Shown: positions 1 to 11,880 of the stretch, piece after piece
Position numbering within the stretch: position 1 is the stretch's first letter
Layout: every line of letters starts with the position of its first letter
From: Octopus sinensis
Lineage: Eukaryota
NCBI RefSeq assembly: GCF_006345805.1
Contig: NC_043001.1
Coordinates: forward strand, 39,370,001 to 39,434,000
Direction of reading: 5' to 3'
DNA: 64,000 nucleotides
The notes under the pieces: generated by a model
The model's input: only the letters and a program-made list of their open reading frames with translations
Told to the model about the DNA's origin: nothing
Databases searched by the model: none
Program-made: the position numbers and the translations under genes

Positions 1-170
1 CCTGCTCATGTCCTCGGCAGCCACAGCCCATGTTTCACTGCCGTGTAGCATGGCTGTTCGCACACAGGCATAATATATTCTTTCGTTCACTCTGAGAGAG
101 AGGCCTTTGGTTACTAGCAAAGGCAGGAACACTCTGAACTCCGCCCAGCCTGTTCTTATTCTAGTAGCTT
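1..170 (-). mobile_element. RTE-clade LINE fragment (region C-terminal to RT)
   Basis: Reverse complement of 1-60 reads RTAMLHGSETWAVAAEDMSR, the YGSETW motif of RTE-type ORFs; same family as 2925-5870. Confidence 0.8.
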
Positions 171-322
171 CACACACACACACACACACACACAAACACG
201 CGCATACACATATATACAATATATATACATTCACACATACATACACAGACATACATCCATACACACACACACACACAGCGATAATAAATCGCTGAGCGAG
301 ATGTAAACAGTAGCAGCACAAA

Positions 323-436
323 ATCGTGAAGTATATTTGCCACCTAAATGTGGCTGAGTCATAGGAGACAATGCTATAAACAACAGTAGCATCGTCCCCT
401 ATGGGTCAACCACATTTAGGTAGCACATATACTTCA

Positions 437-440
<4 letters not shown>
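323..440. repeat. Palindromic fold-back element (MITE-like), two ~54-bp arms with a 10-nt loop
   Basis: 323-376 (ATCGTGAAGTATATTTGCCACCTAAATGTGG...GACAATGCTA) is the reverse complement of 387-440 with about 7 mismatches; loop TAAACAACAG. Confidence 0.85.
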
Positions 441-517
<77 letters not shown>

Positions 518-959
518 ACCTTCGGAATACTGTTCATTCGGATTACATTTCTGCACCTTGATTAGGTATCATTACAATTTGTCCGTGACTCTTCTACTTT
601 ATCTTGTCCTCCTTCTACCTATCTTCTGTTCTACTTCTACTCTCCTTCACTTTCTCTTTCCCTTTTTGTTGCCACCAATAACACCTACACCGACATTCAC
701 AACCTCTAACCATGCCTGATCCCCACTCCTACCTCCAGTACATTCAATCCCTTCTTTGCCGTTTTCTTTCCTCCCCCGCCCAATGTTTGCAACCCGCAAA
801 AACTCTCTCACTAGCTTAAAAAGCCCCAAAAAACTCGCCACTCTAGCCGACTCTGTTTTCTTAGCCGTTGCTTCATCACTTCATACCCCTTGGCTTATTT
901 TATATTGTATTAACTTCTTCTTTATCCCCTATCAACTTTATTTTATTATAATTTATATT

Positions 960-2100
960 TTATTTTATTTCTATATACACGCACACATACACACACATGT
1001 ACATATATACACACATGAAAAAATACACGCACCCGTGCACACACAAGAACGCACATATACCTCCCACACACACCATACACATACAACACATACATGCACA
1101 TACGCATACATCCACACACGCACAAACACGCACATGCATACAAGCACACACATACACGCATACATACACACACATGCACCCACGCACACACATCCATGCA
1201 CATATACCTCACATATACCCCACACACACACGATACACAACACGCGCACACACACACGTACACAAACGCACATACACATATACACGCACATGAATACACA
1301 CAACACACACTCATGCAGACACGCACACAATTACACACACATGGGCATAAACACACGCACATACACGCAAACACGCGCGTAAGCACACTCACTCACACAT
1401 ACAGGAACGCACATATACCCCCGCACATAACCCCACACACAACCACACACACGAACTCACATACACACACATATACATAAACACACGCGCATACACAATA
1501 TGTACATACACGCACATACACATCCGCACACACATATACACGCACAAACACACACACACCAATGCGCGCGCATACATACGAATGCACACAAATCTAACAC
1601 TCACAACTCCCAACACCTACTTACACACATACGCACACATAAATGCACTCACAACTACACGCACATACGCATACACACGCACACACAGTAACGCACATTT
1701 ACTTCACAGCTACAACCCCACACACAAACAAACGCATACACACATATACACAAGTACACACACATACATACACTCACACACAGACACAGGTCCAAACTAC
1801 ACACAAAATACACTCACACACAACATATACATACACGCACATACACATACTTCAAACTACCAGTTATACACCTTTTCACTGACCATTCTCCTATGCACAT
1901 GTGAAGGAAGACACACATAAGACATCCACTCCTACCAAAAATTCTTACTATAAATTCTTCCTACGACATTAAGCGACACAAAGTCCACTCACACACACAT
2001 ATAAACAGCCAAAACCACACGTGCTATTATTGCACGCACACACACACAGAGACCTGCACGCACGCACATACCCACACATACACACACATATTTCCTTCTC
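960..2100. repeat. Degenerate (CA)n/(CATA)n low-complexity tract
   Basis: Visible directly; source of the HT- and CV-rich spurious ORFs. Confidence 0.95.
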
Positions 2101-2139
2101 TTGCACTCTCCTGTCCTAGAAAGAACTTTTTCTTCACCC

Positions 2140-2320
2140 ATTCCTTTCGGGTCATTTTAAAATGTAACCATGAGTGTATCGTTGGCAATTTTCTCTTTCC
2201 GTCTTCCCTTTTTTGGCCTTTCCTATATTTCTGACGAAGAGCGTTGCTCAAAACGTAAAATCCTCTTTCTTTCCTTTCCTGAGCGTCTGATAACACAGGA
2301 TGTGTACCACATCATCGTGT
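2140..2320 (+). mobile_element. Penelope-like terminal-repeat remnant carrying a hammerhead motif
   Basis: Similar to 29330-29490 in opposite orientation; contains a minimal hammerhead core. Penelope assignment rests on the known association of such hammerheads with Penelope-like pLTRs. Confidence 0.55.
2227..2261 (+). ncRNA. Minimal type I hammerhead ribozyme motif, probably inactive (G12 to A)
   Basis: ATTT-CTGACGA-A-GAGC(gtt)GCTC-AAAA-CG-TA-AAAT: stem I ATTT/AAAT, stem II GAGC/GCTC, palindromic ACGT stem III; GAAA is mutated to AAAA. Confidence 0.65.
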
Positions 2321-2353
2321 TATTGTTTTTCTTTTTGTTTTTTGTTTGGATTC

Positions 2354-2395
<42 letters not shown>

Positions 2396-2924
2396 CTTTT
2401 ACTCCCATGAAATCTTGTCTGCCATTGTACGTAATTTATGCAAACATGATTTTCAGTTGTTAGTTGTTGCTAGCCCAAACAAGAAATTGGATCAATACAC
2501 TCATTTTCTTCATTTATCTATCATATTCTGCGTTTTCTATTTTTCCCCTATTTTTATCTTCTGTCTTTGCAGTCCCTAATTATGTGATTGTTTAATTGTT
2601 TAAAATTTCCTTCGGTTCTCATTACCAAATTGTGCATCACGTTCCCATCCATCTGTCCGTCAATGCGCCCGTCTGTCTCTCCGTCTATCTATCTATCAAT
2701 TTGATAGGCGAATAATGCCAAGCCTAAATTATCTCTCTTTCTCTCTCCCCTGGGAACATATAGGTATTTCATATTTCAAATACTTCTCTACTGATAAATT
2801 CATTTCAGCTTAGATCTTAAAACTTAGTGGTGGGACATTTTGTCATATTTAGTTCGTCAAACTTAGTGGTGGAACATTGTCATATGATAGCAATGGACTC
2901 ACTATATCCCCCTATCTTCTTTCC

Positions 2925-5870
2925 AGTTCTACAAGCTCAGAACTGGCACAGTCAATGTTGGCACTATGAAATGTAGGTTCGGAGAGATAGTTGAGATGCT
3001 TGAGCAGAGTCATGTAGATGTTTGCTGAGTCCAAGAGATACGATGGAAGGAGCCTCAGCTACACTGCTTACAAGCAAAAGGCATAGATACAAATTTTTCT
3101 GAGTAGACAACAATGAAGGCCTAGGTAGCATAGATATTCTACTAGCAGAGAAATCGGTGGATAAGGTGATTGATGTAGTTAGGGTTTGTGATAGGATTAT
3201 TAATCTAAGAATAGCCTTGTTTGATGTAGCTGTGTCAGTTATCTATGCATATGCTCCCCACACTAGATTCACAGATACTCAGAAGTACCACCTCTGTGAA
3301 TCTCTTCTGAGGACTAGCTCTTCTGAGGGTTACCTGGACAATGAAAGACACCAACATTTGCATCATGGCAAGGGACTTCAATGGACATGCTGGAAAATAG
3401 TCTGATGGATTTCAGGGTGTGCATGACAGCTATGGCATTGGCTCCAGAAATGAGGCGGGGACAAGGCTGCTGAAATTTTGTTATGCTCATGGCTCACTGG
3501 TTTGCAACACCAACTTCAGAAACCTGTCACTTGATCACTTATCAATTTGGAGGACATACCAACCAGACTGACTACATTCTCACCAGACTCAGGGATAGAT
3601 GCATACAAAATATTTCCCAGGGAAAGAATGTACAACTCAGCCTAAGTTAGTTGTTAGTGACTTCAGACTTACAACCAGAAAAATCCAGACGAGCCAATAT
3701 GGAAAAGGAGGTTGTGGAATCTCAAGGATCCTTCAAATGGACAGAGATTTAGAGATGTCCTCAAGGAGGCCTATGATGAGAAGGAGAGAGTGATAGAGGC
3801 ATATGACATAGAGGACAACTGGAAGTTCCTACAGGACAATCTACTAAGAGAAACAGACCAACAAATTTTTGATTGAAGCAAAGCCACTGCCAGACCAAGT
3901 GTGAACAATGATGTTGACTGGGTCGTAAAAGAGAAGAGACAGGTCTGGGAAGAGTGGAAAAGAGGGGTGTGGTAGTAAAGAATCATAGCAGAAGGCTAAA
4001 AGAGAGAGTAGAAGCAAAATAGAAGAGGTGTACCAGTGTCCTACAGTATGAAGATTAGAAACTTGAAGTGTTCCTGATTGCTAGACAGTATGTCTGTGAG
4101 AAAATGTAGGAGAGAAGTGCATGTAGATGGATAATGGTATGCTTACACTTAGTGGTATGGCCAAGAAAGAGTAATATGAAAAAGTTACTGTGAAATTTTG
4201 AATGTAGGTACTGAATGGGATAAAGGGAATCTTCCTTGGGTAAACCCAAAAGAGGGACTGGCTATCCTAGTAGACAGCAGTATGGTAGATAAAGCAATTA
4301 AAAACATGAACTCTGGGAAAGCCCCTGGTCCATCCAGAATCCCAGCTGATATGCTCAAAATATCCAGTAAGGTATGGGCTACTCCCATGCATAGTTAATC
4401 AGGTCATTCAGGAAGGTGTAATACCCAGTGATTGACATAGCAGCATAATTGTTGGTATGGGTAATGCTTTAAATAGAAGCAATTACAGAGGCATCAAACT
4501 CTTGGATCAGTTGAGAAGATTATGGAGAGAGTTATAGCCCAATTAATTAGGAGCAGAATGAGGCTAGATGAAATGTAATTTGACTTTGTCTGGGGAAGAA
4601 ACACTACTGACACTACTTTAATTGTCAGTAGCTAAAAATAAGCCATTATACTTGGCATTCATTGATCTAGAGAAACCCTTCAATGCAGCATGATGTGGTG
4701 GGGTCTGAGAAGGAGGCCAGGGATGGACTGGTGAAAGCTGTATGGGCCATGAACAAAGATAATGTCAATAAGATGAGAATTAACCAAGAGTACAGTGAAG
4801 AATTTGGCGTACAGGCAGGAGTTCATCATGGCTGAGTACTTAGTCCCCTCTTTCTCAATATTTTCTTCCAGGCCATAACAGAAGAATTCAAGACCAGCAG
4901 CTCTTGGGAACTACTATATGCTGATGATCTTACCCTCATAATAGGTTCCATATCAGAGCTAGATGAGAAAAACCAGCTGTGAAAGTAAATCCTGAAATCT
5001 AAGGTCATTAAAGTTAACTTAGCAAAAGCTAAGGTCTTAGTAAGCAAGAAATCTAACAAGACTCTACCTAACTCAGGTAAGTGGCCCTATTCGATTTGTA
5101 GGAAAGGTGTAGACAGTAACTCCATATAGTGTGCTCAGTGTTAGCTATAGATACACAAGAGGTGCAGTGGATTAATAGGAAGGTTATCAGAGAAGATAGT
5201 TTTCACATGTGATAGATGCACATAATCCATAAAAGCTCAGGAAATTGATTCTCTCAAATGCCCTGGTGGCTCATTAGAGGTAGCAGGTAATTTCTGCTAC
5301 CTAGAGGACCAAATTAGTAGTGGGGGAGAATGCACAGAGAATGTGATAGCTAGAATAAGAATAGAACAAGAGGAAATTCAGAGAGCTGTTACCTTTGTTG
5401 GCCACAAGTTTTCTCTCTCCAAGTAAAGGGAAGATTGTATGATGCATGTATACAGACAGGTAATTACACATGGTAGTGAGACATGGACCCTGAATGCAGG
5501 GGACATGCAAAGGTTAGAAAGGAATGAGGTTAGTATGCTCCATTGGATGTGCAATGTAAGTGTACATGTATGACAGAGTGCTAGTGTATTGAGAGAGAGA
5601 AGTTAGGAATAAGAGGAATTAGTTGCTGTGTGCAAGAGAGAAGACTGCACTGGTTTGGTCATGCTGCAGATGGATGCTGACAGCTCCATAAAGAAGTGCT
5701 GATCTTTCAAAGAAGATAGAATATGTGGAAGTGGAAAACCCAGGAAGACATGGGATGAAGCACTGATGAACAACCTCAGTATGCTGAACCTTTCAGGCAA
5801 GATGACAAAGGACCAAGATGCCTAGTGCCTTGCTGTACTCAAGAAGACCCATACTCCACAGCAGAAATGT
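2925..5870 (+). mobile_element. Near full-length degenerate RTE-clade LINE (APE endonuclease + RT)
   Basis: LRTGTVNVGTMK..VQEIRW at the start, VIYAYAP, KAPGPSRIPA, NYRGIKLLD, LLYADDL at ~4915 and HGSETW at ~5470; many stops and frameshifts. Confidence 0.9.
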
Positions 5871-6051
5871 TAAGACCAGTTCCTCATGGCAGTGTCATGT
5901 AAAAGCACCCATGTGGTGTCACATAAAAGCTCCCATGCTGTGCCCCCCCTCACACACACACTTACACACTTACACATACACACACACTTACACATACACA
6001 CACACACACACACACATACCCATGTATATATGTTTGTATGTATGTACACAT

Positions 6052-6205
6052 ACAATGGACTTCTTTATTGTGTCCATCTACAAGAGCCACTCATAAGGCA
6101 TTGTTCTGGGGCTGTAGTGGAAGACACTTGCCCAAGGTTTTATGCAGTGTGACTGAACCCAGAATCATGTGGTTGAGAAGCAAGCTCCTTACCACACAGC
6201 TGCTC
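6052..6205 (-). mobile_element. tRNA-headed SINE (octopus-type), head region
   Basis: Shares GAAGACACTTGCCCAAGG...ACTGAACCC...CTTACCACACAGC with more than ten copies in this window. Confidence 0.8.
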
Positions 6206-6814
6206 TTACACCTCGGCATACCTGCCTGCACTTAACTTCTAATCCCACAGTCATATCTGTGCTGACATAGAGTAGCTATGATAATAGATGTAGACAGACT
6301 GGTTCAAATCAGCCTGCTAGAAATAGTAGCCAAATTCACCTCAAATCACAGCTTACCATCTTAGCAATGGAAAAATTAAGCTGGACAACAATATGTGATA
6401 CCTGCATAGGCAATGCCTTTAAACATAATTCTGCTTGATCAATGCTAGCCTTAGGGTTAAACAACAGATATGATTAAATTCTACGATTAAATTCCTTTAT
6501 GATTAAATTTATGGTAATTAAAAATCCCCCTACTCCCAAAAAAGTGTTTATATCAGAAACATAATGTTACTTACAATAGGAGCATTGCATAATTAACAAG
6601 TATTTCAAATGTATCAGATTGAATTCCATTATCTACAAATAAAAGAATAAATACTGACAGGAACACTTTCTACAAATAAGGAGCATGAAGTCCATGATGC
6701 AAAATACTACAATGTAGAAAATAACTTAACATTAATCATAGGAACTTGTCCTTGTAAAAACAGGAATCCACTGAACAATAAGTATTATCATGGTGAGATT
6801 ATGAAGAGCAAGAA

Positions 6815-8073
6815 TCAGGTCATCCTATAAGTTATGTCCGATTTTACCTTTTTTAAAATTGAATGAAATTTAATAGTATTTTAGAATGTTTAATGGAATT
6901 TTTTTTTATGCATTTAAACTAATCAAATATCATTTTACAGAATAATAGAAATGAAATTTCTTTGATTAAAACCCTTTCTAACATGGAAGTATCCAAAGAG
7001 CATTTGAGGCACATAATGCTTTATGAGTACAAAAAAGGAAAATCTGTAGCCGAAGTGACTTGAAACATACACTCAGTTTATGGGAAAGAATGCTTGAAAT
7101 AAAGAACTTGTAGAAGATGGTTTGCAAAATTCAGACGTGGAGATTTCAGCCTTGAAGATGAGGATCCAGTTGAGTTTGATAATAAGCTCCTTGAGGTATT
7201 ACTTGAAGAAAATCCTGCATTATCAGTTGAAGAATTGGCAATAAAGCTTAGTTCAAAACATACAACTGTTCATCATCATCTTCAACAACTTGGAAAAGTT
7301 CTAAAACTTGGAAAATGGGTGCCTCGTGAATTGTCCGAAAGCAACTGCAAATCCCAAGTCGACATCTGCTCTTCTCTCCATTCTCGCAAACTCATTTTAC
7401 CCTTTTTGGATAGACTTGTGACTAGTGACGAAAAATGGATCTTCTATCGAAATATTAAACGTCGTAAACAGTGGCTTGGTAAAAGGGAAAAGCTCAACCA
7501 CAACCAAGAAGGGAACTTCATAGGAAAAAGGTTCTTCTCTCTATATGGTGGGATTGCAAAGGAGTAATTCACTTTGAATTGTTACCACCTAATGCAACAA
7601 TCAATGTTCAAGTCTACTGTCAGCAATCAGAGCATTTGAACCAAGCTCTGAAGAAAAAAAGACCTGCTTTATTGAATTGAAAAGGAATAATGTTTCATCA
7701 GGATAATGTGCGACCCCACACTTCAAACATCACATCACAGAAGGCCAAAGAGCTTAGTTGGGAAAAAATTCCTCATCCATTTTATTCTCCCAACTTTGCT
7801 TCTTCAGACTACCATTTGTTTCATAGTTTACAGAATCATTTGGGGGACATAACTTTCGCAAGCCAGGAGGAGGTTGAAACTGACATTTCAGAGTTCTTTG
7901 CTTTGAAACCAAAAGAGTTTTACATTGATGGGATTAAAAAGCTTGTAAATAGATGAAAGAAAGTCATAGATAATCAGAGAAAGTACATTGATGATTAAAT
8001 TACAGTTAAATATAACAGTTGATCAGTTGTTTTCTTTATTCAAAATTCGGACAGAACTTATGGGATGACCTGA
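6815..8073 (+). mobile_element. mariner (DD34D) transposon, full length, defective
   Basis: ~30-bp TIRs TCAGGTCATCCTATAAGTTATGTCCGA and TCGGACAGAACTTATGGGATGACCTGA; length ~1.26 kb. Confidence 0.95.
6983..7998 (+). pseudogene. mariner transposase pseudogene
   Basis: MEVSKEHLRHIMLYEYKKG start; WVPREL, VTSDEKW, HQDNVRPH and YSPNFASSDYHLF motifs; in-frame stops and frameshifts. Confidence 0.92.
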
Positions 8074-8814
8074 TTTGTAAAATAGAGCAATATAGAGGAG
8101 AAATAATAAAATACTAAAATGAAAAACAAAATGCAACATCAAAGTTTCGTTTGTTCATGTTTTAGACATCTTCTATGTCTCTCAAATGCCTCAGAACATC
8201 CAAATAAAACATTTTAAGTTTATCTCTTAAGATTTTCTATAGAATTCAGAGTAGGGAACACTATGAATTTTTGAAAATATCTAAATGTTACTTCTACTGT
8301 ACTTTTTCTTGGAGAGCATACAAATAGAAAAAAATTGATACCTCATTTGTGAAATCTGGGCAAGTGAATTGATTGTAATCTTGCCTAATTGGCCTAAATG
8401 AATAATTAACTATATGTATAAGGTCATATCTTTGAAATTCAGGTGATAATCATCTTCAAATTTTGCAAATTATTAGTGTCCATGGAATAGCAGTTGCCTA
8501 TTTTTTCAGCTTCTTGAAAATAAAACCATATTTTTGGCAATTTTTAAAATATTTATGTAAAAACTATTTTGCTACTTGTAACAAACAGTCAATTTTGCAG
8601 TGTTTTCAGACCTAGCTAAATCCATAAGTACATGTCACAAGGACTTGAGTTTTGGCATATTTGTAGTAGATATAAATTAGATAAACCCTGAGATTTGAGA
8701 AATGATACCATTTCAATAAAATTCTAATGGACTATTAAAAATAGAAGAGTTTTGGATCAGGACATCCACATAATTTGAAATTAAAATTTGAATTTGTGTA
8801 TATTTTTTTCCTTA

Positions 8815-9265
8815 GGCGGGTGCCAGCAACGTCAACTTGGCTACAGCTATCCCGTCCAGTACAAGAGGAACTGCGGGATCAGAGCAACGGTTTGCGTGCG
8901 CGCTCGCTCGATAGAGCGGTAGCATCAGCCTTCCCTGAGCGATAATGGTTGAACACCTCTGAGCCGCAACTGCAGCCGGGTCCGAGTTGTTTTTCAAATG
9001 CATCTCAACCTCAAGGTGCATGCCTTAGCTCAGAGTTTACCGTCTGCACGTCACGTTTGTGCGACGAGAGGCAGCGTCGCCGGCGGGGATTGCCATTCTG
9101 CGAGTTTTGCGGCAGCAGCCTCACCGTCGTCGTCGTCGACGTCCCGTCCGACTTGTTCAAAGGGATCAAGACGAAAAGGATCGCTTGCATAAGACTTCGG
9201 AGTGACATGCTTAGTAGAGCAGCTACCACACTGCGATCTATTGAGTCGCTTCTTGCGAATGACAT
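8815..9265 (+). pseudogene. 28S rRNA 3'-terminal fragment (rDNA pseudogene)
   Basis: CAGTACAAGAGGAAC, GATAATGGTTGAACACCTCT and TAGTAGAGCAGCT..CTGCGATCTATTGA match conserved 28S 3' motifs (CAGTACGAGAGGAAC, GATTATGACTGAACGCCTCT, GCAGAGCAGC..GCTGCGATCTATTGA) in the correct order. Confidence 0.85.
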
Positions 9266-9269
9266 GATC

Positions 9270-10060
9270 CGACCTTTCGAGGCAGCCCCGCACGGAAACG
9301 AAGCAAACAAGTGTCACGGACAAGAAACGAAGGAGTTGGCGGTGGCTGCAGTGGGAGGAGCCGTCAGGGGCCCTGCCGGGTGCATGGCGGAGACGGAGAC
9401 GGAAGCGAACAAAGAGATGCATGAAGAAGACGAGCGAGAAAAAGAAAGGGAGCACCATATCGAGCGGCAACGGGGAACTAGCGCAGTAAAAGTAATTTGC
9501 TTGTGGCGGCGAGCCAGCAGCGCAGCGAAGGAAAATGACAAGAGATGGAGAAAAGGAGTGGCTGTCTACGCAACGCGACTGGCCTCTTGGTGTGGCGGCG
9601 ATGTTTGAGGACAGGCACCTTCGGCCGCGTCACTTCATACCGGCGACACGGCTTGCATTGCACAAGTGGGTGGCGATTCGTCTCAGCGAGTAAACGGCCG
9701 CAGTAAAGTCGAACAGCGTTAAGGAGAGAGAGAGATGAAAGCAAACTGTTATCTGTGCAAGAAATGCGGTCGTAGTTGATGCTACCGTCATGTCTCCTTC
9801 CGTCGAAGCCGCCGCGCTCACCCGTGTGCAAAGGTCGTCGCAATATCGACTGTGAGTGTGTGTCCGTGTGTTATGCGCCCCGAGTGATCGTTGTTGTTGT
9901 CGTCTTCTGCTGCGTAAGGAAGCCGCCACCGGCAACATCCGTGCTCGTGGTCGATGTCGCATGTGGAAATGTCGTCGTCGTCGTCATAAGTGGGTGGTAT
10001 CAAGCACGAGTCAGTGTATCCATGTACTATACGCTGGGATGAGGTGAGGGTAAACGGGGT
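9270..10060 (+). other. rDNA intergenic-spacer-like GC-rich sequence, copy 1
   Basis: Follows the 28S 3' end; 9866-10060 is a diverged paralogue of 11881-12075, which runs on towards the 18S. Confidence 0.6.
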
Positions 10061-10202
10061 CGACTTGGAACTTGTACGGACCGGTGGAATCTGACTGTCT
10101 AACTTAAATAGAATATCACGTAGCTGGCCAAGCCGCACAGACGCGACGAGATTTCTGCCCAGTGCTCTGAATGTCAAAGTAAAAAAATTCAACCAAGCGC
10201 GC
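10061..10202 (+). pseudogene. 28S rRNA fragment ending ~33 nt upstream of the R2 insertion site
   Basis: CGACTTGGAACT..GGAATCTGACTG..GATTTCTGCCCAGTGCTCTGAATGTCAAAGT..AAATTCAACCAAGCGCG matches the 28S segment before GGTAAACGGCGGGAGTAACTATGACTCTCTTAAGG. Confidence 0.92.
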
Positions 10203-11712
10203 GAAGTTGTAAACCGGAGTCTGCCACTGGTCAATGGCTTGACGCGGTAAGAGAGCTTACGTCTGTGGGTGGGACTATACTGGTAGATGAATCATGGTGG
10301 ATTGGCCCTCTCACTTTGGACAAGCTAAATATTTTCCATTTCACCCAAAGCTTTGTCACAGTTGTGGGAAGACCTTATAGAGATATTGGTGATTTTGATT
10401 AGGAGATGGGGGGCCTTCCCGTTAGGGCTAGGTAGGATACCGCTGGACTTACCGACACGAGTCCCATGTCAGCTAGTTAATAATCGGCCCTTCTAGATAG
10501 GCTGCGCTCTTTTGGCACAATACTGCAGTGGTTCCCAACTGACCAATGGCAAACTCTGGCTTACAACTTCTTGCAGCATAGTTGCGGGGGACTCTTTATT
10601 GTTTGGGGTTAGGGTCATTTGTTGGGCGATTCTTTGGCTGTACAGGTGGTTCTTTGACAGGAACCGGTGGACAGCAATCGGGCCCGGTGATTAACCGCAG
10701 CTTGTTCCATGGGGTGTAGCTAGTTTGGTTGGAGAGATTTTAGGTGGTAGTTTGGCGATATCTCTACCTTCTTTGGTGTGGTGGATCCCATGCTGCTCTT
10801 TAGGTTATTCTTCAATTGGTAATCCCTGTCTCTCGAGGAAATTGCTGTGCAATAACATGAATAATAACGTAAAGCAGATAAACATATGGCAGCCAGGCGC
10901 CGATAAACCGGTGGACTATGGGTAAGGGACAGGGCCTGCAGATCAGGCCCTGCATGTGGCTCATCTATGTCGGGCCAACTGGGGTGGATAACGGATTATA
11001 TCCACCCCGCGGTACGAATTGTGATACCACTTTGGTTAGGACTGACAATGTCGGTGGTCGAGTGATGCGCTCGACACTGACATATTCACGATGTAGACCA
11101 GACAAGTTCGTGCTAGATTGAATATGCTCTTATGATTCCCTGCACATGTGATGAATATGCTCTTATGATTCCCTGCACATCGAACTCTATACTCTGTTCG
11201 CTATGTCCTTGATTCTTCTCTTCTCCTCGACGATGGGGGGAACATGTGGAGTATACACATGGCATAAAGCCGGTATACAAGTGCGAGAAATGCGATAGGG
11301 AGAGCAAGCATCCCCACTCTATGAGATGCCACGCTAGTAAATGTAGTGGTGCGTTGGTTTCTAATGCATCCAACTCTGTTCAGCTTCCCTTCCAGTGCGA
11401 TCACTGTAGCTGTTCTTTTTTGACGGCTGTTGGTAGGTTGCTGCACGTACGCCACCGGCATCCTATCACAGCTAATACATGCAGGATCACACGGTACAAG
11501 GAAAACTTGTCCTTAGCAGTCCTGAGAATTGGTAGTCGTTGATATGACCGTTCTTTTCGAGAACGCTCTAGAGAAAGTATGCAAGTACCAGTCGCTCATT
11601 TCTCTTCTGATGGAAGAGTTTGATCGGCCAGTGGAGGTGTACGATCTCCCTGTTGGTGCCTGATGCGCGTCTGCGAGCAAAGCACTGGACGCATTAGAGA
11701 AAATTGACTGTT
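10203..11712 (+). mobile_element. R2 non-LTR retrotransposon remnant with three N-terminal zinc fingers (R2-A type), internally deleted
   Basis: Abuts the 28S target. One frame (11195-11465) gives CSLCP*FFSSPRRWGEHVEYTH, CEKCDRESKHPHSMRCHASKC and CDHCSCSFLTAVGRLLHVRHRHP (CCHH, CCHC, CCHH). Another frame (11526-11663) gives ELVVVDMTVLFENALEKVCKYQSL..VGA*, resembling the RLE nuclease C-terminus. Myb and RT are absent. Confidence 0.8.
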
Positions 11713-11880
11713 AAAATATTTGAATTTTTGGCAATTGCCTTTTCTGAACAACCCTAGTACATGATTCAGTATAGAGACAAATTATATAAATTAAAAAATT
11801 TATTTAACAATCTTGTTATTAAAATAATTTATTCAAAAATGGACTCTAAAAAGTGATACTACAAAAAATTAAGCAAAAAA

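Noticed and set aside
756-2100. Long HT-, CV- and YI-rich ORFs here and throughout the window
   Set aside because: Translations of (CA)n, (TG)n and (TA)n microsatellites.
6575-6632. Minus-strand micro-exon candidates (6575-6632, 36596-36663, 36911-36991, 45657-45727)
   Set aside because: Splice sites look plausible, but phases are inconsistent, one has an in-frame stop, no homology is recognisable, and equally good sites occur on the plus strand.
8795-8820. Splice-acceptor-like TTTTTTCCTTAG|G at the left edge of the rDNA block, and CAG|GCAAGT at its right edge (~15066)
   Set aside because: A ~6-kb exon is implausible and such motifs are frequent by chance in AT-rich DNA; only RNA data could revive it.
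8949-9608. 219-aa ORF and other long ORFs in 8812-14689
   Set aside because: They overlap 28S, spacer and 18S sequence; long frames are expected in GC-rich rDNA and no protein motif is recognisable.
11120-11180. 28-bp direct repeat in the R2 remnant; 31-bp direct repeat at 35881-35978
   Set aside because: Most simply local slippage duplications; no element is evident between them that would make them TSDs.
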